Origin: Ginkgo biloba
Taxonomy: Eukaryota; Plantae; Ginkgophyta
Direction: 5' to 3'
NCBI GenBank assembly: GCA_024626585.2
Contig: JANKJI020000004.1
Coordinates: forward strand, 73,941,626 to 73,959,920
DNA: 18,295 nt
A model generated the notes under the pieces. That model was not told the DNA's origin, ran no database searches, and saw only the letters and a list, made by a program, of their open reading frames with translations. Both the position numbers and the translations under genes were made by a program. Shown one piece after another: positions 10,820-18,295 of this stretch; position 1 is the stretch's first letter; each line of letters starts with the position of its first letter.

Positions 10820-11240
10820 TCTCAAACCCCATATATTAATGTTGATTTCCTTCAAGCACATCTTGTTAATTTTAGACATAATGAACAACATCCTACCAAA
10901 GATGATTACTTGACTATGACTAGATTCTACTCCTGAACCAACCCTTTGTATTTAAGACAACCAAGGTCACAAAATAGTCTTCCACTTATTCTCAAAAAAA
11001 ACAATTTGATGAAGCACTCAACAAACTCTCCTTCCAATANNNNNNNNNNNNNNNNNNNTTTTAACTTCCACCACTTCTCCTTTCCAAATGCAGAGTTTTA
11101 AACTCCATGTTTTCCACCTTAGATCTGAGACAAAGTTGGACGCATTGTTTAACATCATTAATCCATGCTTGATGTTGAATGACATCATGCCCTCCACTAA
11201 ACATAGGAATAGAAGCTTCTCCCAAATTATTTAACCTTAA
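10820..11240 (-). mobile_element. Degenerate Ty3/gypsy gag remnant inside intron C-D
   Basis: IPMFSGGHDVIQHQAWINDVKQC, LHLE..WW, DLGCLKYKGLVQE* and NIWGLR match the gag order P.F.G..D....AW / L.G.A..WW / L..LKQ.G.V.EY / FI.GL, with frameshifts. Confidence 0.55.
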
Positions 11241-12455
11241 AACTTTGAGGACTAAAAAGACCTTCCAACTTTATAGATTCAAGGACAAGGGGCCTCCCTA
11301 TGCAATAACTCTTCCATTCCATATGCAATATTTGGACTAAAGATTGCTTATACGACTGCTAAATGTTGAATTTAGTTGGAATAGACTTATGAATAAAATT
11401 AATCAAGGTCAACTCCTTGCATTCTATCTCTTTTCTCCACAACCTCTGGTGCTAAAGTGCAATCCATCTTGGGATATTATAACATAGTAACACTATCCAT
11501 CCCCTTAACTATGCAACCCTATAGTCACCCCAGTACTTCATTAACTACAAAATTGCCTGGCAAATTCAAGCTCCACATAATTGAAAGACTATAAAACATA
11601 ATAAAACCATATATTTGGTAGTTACAAAAAAGGTTCAATTCATATTTTCTCCAATAAGCCTTTGCCACAAATTTGTGTACATTAAAACATGAGAAGATCT
11701 TTCCTATGCCATGGCCCTACTTAAGCCATAATATTCTCTCNNNNNNNNNNNNNNNNNNNNNNNNNNNNNNNNNNNNCTTGCACAATCTGAGTAATCTCAT
11801 TCAGTCATGACCAGATGTTTGGAGACTTGTTTGCGAGTAAACTTTTCAATGTATGTGATTCAACAGTTGATCAATTTAACATGGTCCAGGTGCCGCTGTC
11901 TTGTGTACAAAGAGAGAAAATTAAAATGCTACAAAATGCAATGTAGAATATAATTTGCATGAGTATGATGCATGAATTTCACAATTGGATGGCTTGGCAA
12001 TTACAGCAACTGAGGGATACCGGGATACCAACAAAATCATAAAATTCTGGTTGCAAAAGGATTGAAATGAATATCTCACATGGATTGTAAGAATTGGCTC
12101 AGCTTAGGAATTTAAACAGAAAGCAAATCTCCTTCAAAATAGTCTTTCTTGTATGTGCAAATATCTATATCCCTCCAGAATAACACAACCTTTGTAGGAA
12201 GAATGAAAATGAATGAAAAACTAAGATGAAAGAAAGAGAACGCAGAAAGATTTTGAGAAAACAAAAAAACTGAAAAGCCTAAGAGGAGGAAATTATTATG
12301 AAAGGAAAAACTTGATAAAAAGTAAGAGACAGACAAAATTATGATGAAAGACAGAGGGTGTGGAAAGAGTATCGTAAAAAAAGTAAAAAAATAGTGAAAA
12401 CTGAGCAAAGGAAAGAATATATCAACAGATAACAAGGAGCGAAAAAATGCCAGCA

Positions 12456-12792
12456 AAACCAATTCTGATAAAAAAAGTATCAGCACTAAGAATTGAAAAG
12501 TCCTTTGCAAATGTGATGGAGACTCAATTATAATAAAAACAATTCTGATAAAAATGTATCAGCAGTAGGAAAGGCAGCATNNNNNNNNNNNNNNNNNNNN
12601 NNNNNNNNNNNNNNNNNNNNNNNNNNNNNNNNNNNNNNNNNNNNNNNNNNGCAGCACCTTTATTGATGCTGTCCTTTGCAAATGCAATGGAGAATCAATT
12701 ATAATAAAAACATATCAGCAGTAGGAAATGCAGCCTCTTCATTGAAATGTCCTTTGTAAATGAGACAGAGAACTGATCTAATGATCAGCAGG
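12456..12792. repeat. Minisatellite-like tandem array, about 80-95 bp unit, 3-4 copies, interrupted by a gap, in intron C-D
   Basis: gtccttt(gc/gt)aaatg recurs at about 12500, 12671 and 12749; tcaattataataaaaaca occurs twice; tatcagca three times. Confidence 0.85.
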
Positions 12793-13330
12793 TATCAACA
12801 ACCTGCGATCACAAATAGAAATCTTATGAAGGTAAGCTATTTACAGACAGAACTGCATACAGCTCTATCACTTTGGATCGAGCTTCCGATGCTGATAAGG
12901 AGGAACGTAGGCCTCTGTGAACCTAATAGTCCCTGCCCTCAATTGCTGGTTCTAAACCTCAACAGGGATAGTGATAAGTGTGCAACCTTAATGCAACCTT
13001 GAATAGTTTTCTAACTGTAAAAGTTTCCTCTCAAAATATATTAACATGTGATAAGGTATCTGCAAATTCAACACTATTTTCAACAAAAATCCAGCTAAAT
13101 TGTGTTCTCAATGTAAAATGCCTGCCAATAAAAGCTCAGTGGGGAAGTCAGCCAGGATCTTCTAATTTAGAGTTCTTTTACCCAAAACTACAAGTTTGAC
13201 AAAAATAACAGATATAGAACAAGGGCCATCTTGCTTATTCAAAGAGTTAATGGATTATGCCAGTTGTTCTTCTTGTGGAAGTTTATTCGTCCAGCATTCT
13301 AAATTTAAGAATAAAGCCTCAACAAATTAC

Positions 13331-13411
13331 CAGAACCCCTTCCCCACCAGAAGGCCACTTGAATACAAGATCCACCAATGCCTTTATACCACCTGCTTCT
13401 GCAATTGCACC
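13331..13411 (-). CDS. ARABIDILLO: ARABIDILLO-like protein, exon C (not in the ORF track)
   Basis: 81 nt, tgtttgcag|GGT...CTG|GTAATT. Encodes GAIAEAGGIKALVDLVFKWPSGGEGVL, exactly the segment expected between ...GEEHK and ERAAGAL... Confidence 0.95.
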
Positions 13412-13676
13412 CTGCAAACATGATTGAAAAAAATGGCTTCTTCAAATTGATGAAAGCAAACAATCAAAGAGTTTAACTAAATAAAATACAGATAATGCAG
13501 GGTTTGGTCCAAAAGGGTGGCATTCTCAATGGCTGGTCACAATATCAATCCCTCTAGATCATCATGCGAATGGACAGTGCAGGTCAAGTCTCCTGAGACA
13601 AAAACTGGGGCCTCAAAACCTTCTCTTTTGACCTTATCAATGAAATAAATCACAAGCTACGAGCAAACAATCATAC

Positions 13677-13835
13677 CTTATGCTCTTCTCCAACAGACAG
13701 GTTCCAAAGCCCTCCAGCAGCCTCCTCTGCAACCCATCTGTTAGGAGACCTGGCTAGGGCTGCCAGAATGCTGATTCCTCCTTCCATGGCCACTGCTTTT
13801 GCAACATCAGCATTGACTGATAAATTTGCTATAGC
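13677..13835 (-). CDS. ARABIDILLO: ARABIDILLO-like protein, exon B (ARM repeats)
   Basis: 159 nt, tgcag|GCT...AAG|GTATGA. Encodes AIANLSVNADVAKAVAMEGGISILAALARSPNRWVAEEAAGGLWNLSVGEEHK, near-identical to the recalled ARABIDILLO/PHYSCODILLO ARM sequence. Confidence 0.96.
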
Positions 13836-14039
13836 CTGCATGAATACGTAGTCCATTCATGATAAGTATAATCAAGTCACATAAGAAGAGTAAACTTGAT
13901 AGTAGAGAAATGCTAAAGCTGGCAATTTCTTCATGCTCTCAATAGTTGATTAGCAGCAGCTTCAGGCAAATGAATCACTTTTGCAAACTATTAACAGAGA
14001 AAGTACAATGTGATGTAACAAATCAGGGCAAAGTTTTAC

Positions 14040-14138
14040 CTTTGCAGCTTCTGATTGCACACCTTCCCTACAAGACCTTGCAAGGTCCAACAGAAATCCC
14101 ATCCCACCACCTTGCATTACTACTTCTACCCTTGCAAG
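14040..14138 (-). CDS. ARABIDILLO: ARABIDILLO-like F-box/ARM-repeat protein, exon A (5' boundary uncertain: 14130 if the AAG acceptor is used; homology extends to about 14138-14147)
   Basis: Translates LARVEVVMQGGGMGFLLDLARSCREGVQSEAAK, matching the recalled ARABIDILLO segment RAEAVMxxGGIRLLLxLAxSxREGxQSEAAK. Ends AAG|GTAAAA (GT at 14039-14038), phase 0, and joins exon B in frame. Confidence 0.85.
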
Positions 14139-14559
14139 TTCAAATGTCATAATAATGCCAAAATGTTGAGTAGTTAGAGTACATGCTTAGCATTCATCAT
14201 CAACTCCAGTGTGAACATTATATCAAGCGAGCAAAATAAACAAAACTATGTACATATATTACGGTTCTTGAACATAAGAGAAATGGGCAACAACACATGG
14301 GCGTAGCCCAAGGCTACCCCCTAATGTTATTACACAAAGGATGATTCAATTCCGAAACTGAATATGCTTATGTTGGTTTCCAAATGCCATTAAATGGCAC
14401 TAAAGTTTGTTTCATGCTTAATTGCAATTGCACCTAACTAATCATTTTGTCTGTAAATAATAACATGTCTTGTACTAAATAACAACATCATATCTTAAGT
14501 GAACTCTTGAGATCAAGGTATGTTGCAATCAACTTCCTTGTTGCAATTGATATACAAAC

Positions 14560-15200
14560 TACCAAGGGATCAATTACCAAGCATACACCTCGCCAACCAC
14601 AAGCCTTGAGTGTCCTCTCTTAAGAATGCTTAAAGAAAAGAACCTTGTATGCTTGATATTTGGTAAAATTTCCAAAATTTGTTGCCCTCTCTCCCATCTT
14701 GGAAATTTTATCAAATTCTACACGATGATGGATGTTGCATGAGTCCCACCTTCTCTCTTTAACATCAAATAGCTATGGTATATGGTATTAGTTCATATTT
14801 TTCCCTCATCTTCAAACTTATGTGGGACCCACCTTTACTGGTTCTTAGCCCTATAATCTTGGTTGGAACCTCTACCATCACCCTAATAAAATCATTTCTT
14901 TGCCATAATTACCCATGCAAAACTACTTCAACAACTGGTGAACTTTGCAGCACTATAGATAAGCAACATAATTTCCCATAACCATTTTAGAAAATGGAAT
15001 AATTATTATCCTTGTTCCACTAATAATTTTTGAATGACCGTAGTCCCAACTATAATGTTCTTAACTCCCTCATATGTGTGCCTTGGACATAACTTTAGAA
15101 ACAAGCACATCCTTTGGTCTTCAATAAAATGAGAGTAAATAATGGATACAAAATTCTCAAGTTTTCTAGACATACATTCCACTTAACCAAATTTTACCTG
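14560..15200 (-). mobile_element. Possible highly decayed gypsy integrase C-terminus (GPF/GPY and chromodomain-like remnants)
   Basis: RFQPRL*..PVKVGPT*V*R near 14810-14875 resembles ERFP...KL...KIGP.KVL. An LVKW...EDQ stretch near 15115-15195 resembles a chromodomain end. The order of the two suggests pieces from more than one element. Weak. Confidence 0.38.
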
Positions 15201-17829
15201 TTGTCTTGCAAGTATCTACCTTAAATTTCATAGAAATCTTCGAAAGAACCACTTTGCAAGTCACTTCCTGCTTGGCCCAAATTTGGAATTTATTGAGGAA
15301 GCCATTTTTGGCCTTGTTCTCTCAATTCCCCTTTTGGAAAAATCCCCAAGACTCTTAATGAAACACAACTCTGAGGAAGCTATCTTCGCTTTTCCTCTTG
15401 GATTCNNNNNNNNNNNNNNNNNNNNNNNNNNNNNNNNNNNNNNNNNNNNNNNNNNNNNNNNNNNNNNNNNNNNNNNNNNNNNNNNNNNNNNNNNNNNNNN
15501 NNNNNNNNNNNNNNNNNNNNNNNNNNNNNNNNNNNNNNNNNNNNNNNNNNNNNNNNNNNNNNNNNNNNNNNNNNNNNNNNNNNNNNNNNNNNNNNNNNNN
15601 NNNNNNNNNNNNNNNNNNNNNNNNNNNNNNNNNNNNNNNNNNNNNNNNNNNNNNNNNNNNNNNNNNNNNNNNNNNNNNNNNNNNNNNNNNNNNNNNNNNN
15701 NNNNNNNNNNNNNNNNNNNNNNNNNNNNNNNNNNNNNNNNNNNNNNNNNNNNNNNNNNNNNNNNNNNNNNNNNNNNNNNNNNNNNNNNNNNNNNNNNNNN
15801 NNNNNNNNNNNNNNNNNNNNNNNNNNNNNNNNNNNNNNNNNNNNNNNNNNNNNNNNNNNNNNNNNNNNNNNNNNNNNNNNNNNNNNNNNNNNNNNNNNNN
15901 NNNNNNNNNNNNNNNNNNNNNNNNNNNNNNNNNNNNNNNNNNNNNNNNNNNNNNNNNNNNNNNNNNNNNNNNNNNNNNNNNNNNNNNNNNNNNNNNNNNN
16001 NNNNNNNNNNNNNNNNNNNNNNNNNNNNNNNNNNNNNNNNNNNNNNNNNNNNNNNNNNNNNNNNNNNNNNNNNNNNNNNNNNNNNNNNNNNNNNNNNNNN
16101 NNNNNNNNNNNNNNNNNNNNNNNNNNNNNNNNNNNNNNNNNNNNNNNNNNNNNNNNNNNNNNNNNNNNNNNNNNNNNNNNNNNNNNNNNNNNNNNNNNNN
16201 NNNNNNNNNNNNNNNNNNNNNNNNNNNNNNNNNNNNNNNNNNNNNNNNNNNNNNNNNNNNNNNNNNNNNNNNNNNNNNNNTTGGAACGTTGTCCTAAGTA
16301 ATAGATTTCCATATCAGTGCCATGTTGTGTGTATGAATGGGCTTAGAAAGTTTACTACTTGAATGTGTTTGAGTGTAAGCTAGTTTGGTGGCAAAATATA
16401 ACTTATGTGCTTGATCTAGAAAAGTGTTAGTTCCATTTTTAATAATTGTGGCAGAACACATCTCCCTCAAAAGACTAGGAATTCAACCCTTCACTACTCA
16501 GTTCAATACCTCTTTTTTATGAAAGACTTCATTTTTTTTGTTGTGTTATTGTGGTAGGAAAAAAGTTATCATCATGAATTTATTAAGATAATTCTGCATT
16601 TTCCATTTTCAAGAATGCATATTAAACGCTTTATACTCGTCTATATACAAATCCATTATTATTAGTGGGATTGTCATTGTTAAGTGTGTGTTAAAAGAGC
16701 ATTAACCTTGATCTCTAACATGCATGATACTGTATCTGAATTATGGTTCCTTTGTGTTGTATGCTTGTATCAACTTTTTTGGACTTTCATAATTCATGTC
16801 CCACATATTCAAATATATGAAAGATTAGTATACTTAACAAATATAAACTATCCATTTCTCAGCGTTATATCTATATATCAGTGTTATCAATTGATAGATT
16901 TATATTATATATAAACATCTATTAGTGCCAAAGATTAAGAAAAAGATAGATCCTGAAACGTGTAGTTGCAATATAATTTCTAAGGACTAGAATAAGTAAC
17001 ATGAGATTTGCACTTGCAAGACATGTCTTAAATATTATATACAAGCAATATATAAAAGTACTTTTAGAATAGCATAAGAATTTATAACTGGGTTTCGTAC
17101 AAAATGATATATATATATATGGGATAATTATTGTGCTTTCCACATATGGGATGTATTTAACCTCTCTCTTATCTATAAACAGTAAAGTTTATGGTCAATT
17201 AAGCATGATATAACTTGTTATGTGAAACAAAATGATCAAAACAAAAGTTAAATTAGTTATAGCGACATGTTGTTAACATTTAATGACCAATTATCGATAA
17301 TGAATTGAAGGTAGAAATAAAGAGTTATTTCTCCCTGAGTAGAAGGTTAGTGAAAGAACTTTAAAGTGAGTTGATATTTGTTGATGCAAAAGCATGTGAC
17401 CTTCTATAGACCATACTAGAGCCAATTACTAATTAAGGAGTTATACTCTAAACTAAATTTTGTTTAGAACCAATAGAATTTATACAATTGAAAGGCTAAA
17501 GGGGTGGTTGTTCAAGGCTTGTAAGACCTTTACATTTCATGTTTAATATTGATAAAAAAATGATTATTTAANNNNNNNNNNNNNNNNNNNNNNNNNNNNN
17601 NNNNNNNNNNNNNNNNNNNNNNNNNNNNNNNNNNNNNNNNNNNNNNNNNNNNNNNNNNNNNNNNNNNNNNNNNNNNNNNNNNNNNNNNNNNNNNNNNNNN
17701 NNNNNNNNNNNNNNNNNNNTCTATTAACTTGCATATGATAAGCAAAAGTTGAAACAAAACAAAAAATTTAACCCACAATCATAGTGTGCATATACAAAAA
17801 TTTAAGAGTCAATACATTTTCATTTTGCT

Positions 17830-18270
17830 TTAAGATTTTTTACAAAAAACTTCTAAGTACAATGGTGACTTCAAAATATTTCACAAAACGTTTGCCTACA
17901 TTTGCATGGGTTGTAACCCAAAATCGCACCCTTGCATTCACACCATTGATTAGGTAGATTTCTATCAGNNNNNNNNNNNNNNNNNNNNNNNNNNNNNNNN
18001 NNNNNNNNNNNNNNNNNNNNNNACATGATATACCTCGTTGAGGTATTGCTTGTACTGTTACTTATATTTGCATCGTATTGTGCAATATTATTCCATTTGC
18101 CACTCTTATTATATGAGCACACCTTATCCACACATTACTCTTATGCATTTACCTTGGATCCCTTGCATGGCTCTTTTATTCCCATGAATATTGTATTATA
18201 TGACCACTTAGATCATGTTTTATCCCACTATATGGGAATTTTATAGATTATGGATTACAAATCAAAGCAC
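17830..18270 (+). mobile_element. Possible highly decayed Ty1/copia RT C-terminal remnant
   Basis: KYNGDF, MGCNPKSHP, LLYEHTLSTHYSYAFTL and HVLSHYMGI/IDYGLQ occur in the order of copia motifs KYA.DLL / M..C.P..TP / LLYLTHTRPDISYAV / RVLRYLKGT.DYGL. Confidence 0.38.
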
Positions 18271-18295
18271 ACTTATAGTGTTCCATTGATACATT

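Noticed and set aside
12112-12510. 132-aa hydrophobic ORF resembling a membrane protein
   Set aside because: It arises from T-rich low-complexity intron sequence (F/L/S-rich), has no recognisable motif, and lies inside intron C-D.
12456-12792. Repeat array with internal palindromes, superficially CRISPR-like
   Set aside because: Units are contiguous and degenerate with no unique spacers, there are no cas genes, and the context is a spliceosomal intron.
6852-14039. Possible U12-type or non-canonical introns
   Set aside because: All five donors (GTAAAA, GTATGA, GTAATT, GTACCT, GTAATG) are GT and none matches the U12 GTATCCTT consensus; the four confirmed acceptors are CAG.
14074-14087. Perfect 14-bp palindrome GACCTTGCAAGGTC
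   Set aside because: It lies in coding sequence (D-L-A-R-S); a single occurrence is explained by codon choice.
14188-14275. Minus-strand GTTGATGATGAATGCT (VDDE, like VDDENA) and GTTCAAGAA (VQE) upstream of exon A, suggesting remnants of the missing exon part
   Set aside because: Spacing is wrong: VQE to VDDE is 69 nt versus about 42 expected, and VDDE is about 40 nt too far from LAR. The intervening sequence has no similarity. Probably chance, though not fully excluded.
15283-16362. Long ORFs of 299-359 aa
   Set aside because: Artefacts of the 875-N gap. The same applies to the other X-containing ORFs, except where they overlap exon D or the TE fragments listed.
17107-17120. Short (AT)n run; also homopolymers at 2672-2687 and 8491-8506
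   Set aside because: Ordinary simple repeats in AT-rich plant DNA.

Overview
Eukaryotic plant genomic DNA from a gappy draft scaffold (about 19 N-runs). It is most likely a large-genome non-flowering vascular plant such as a gymnosperm; this is inferred from intron size and TE content only. The one host gene is on the minus strand: five in-frame exons (14130/14138-14040, 13835-13677, 13411-13331, 9819-9688, 6981-6854) encoding the central Armadillo repeats of an ARABIDILLO-type F-box/LRR/ARM protein, joined by four GT-AG introns of 204, 265, 3511 and 2706 nt. The F-box/LRR 5' part and the 3' exons are not visible. Homology stops abruptly near 14140, which means either a truncated copy or an extra intron. 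The rest is intron or flanking DNA filled with decayed retroelements: several Ty3/gypsy gag, RT, RNaseH and integrase pieces, an RTE-type LINE fragment, an LTR end with a tRNA-iMet PBS, and a possible copia remnant. There are also several small tandem duplications. I see no prokaryotic-type system, RNA gene or CRISPR array, and no strong evidence of a new biological system. The best leads are the broken or newly spliced 5' exon, an LTR-PBS fused to an antisense LINE, a phased W-box cluster, and an integrase fragment bracketed by a 29-nt direct repeat. All protein family assignments come from motifs recognised by eye, not from database searches.
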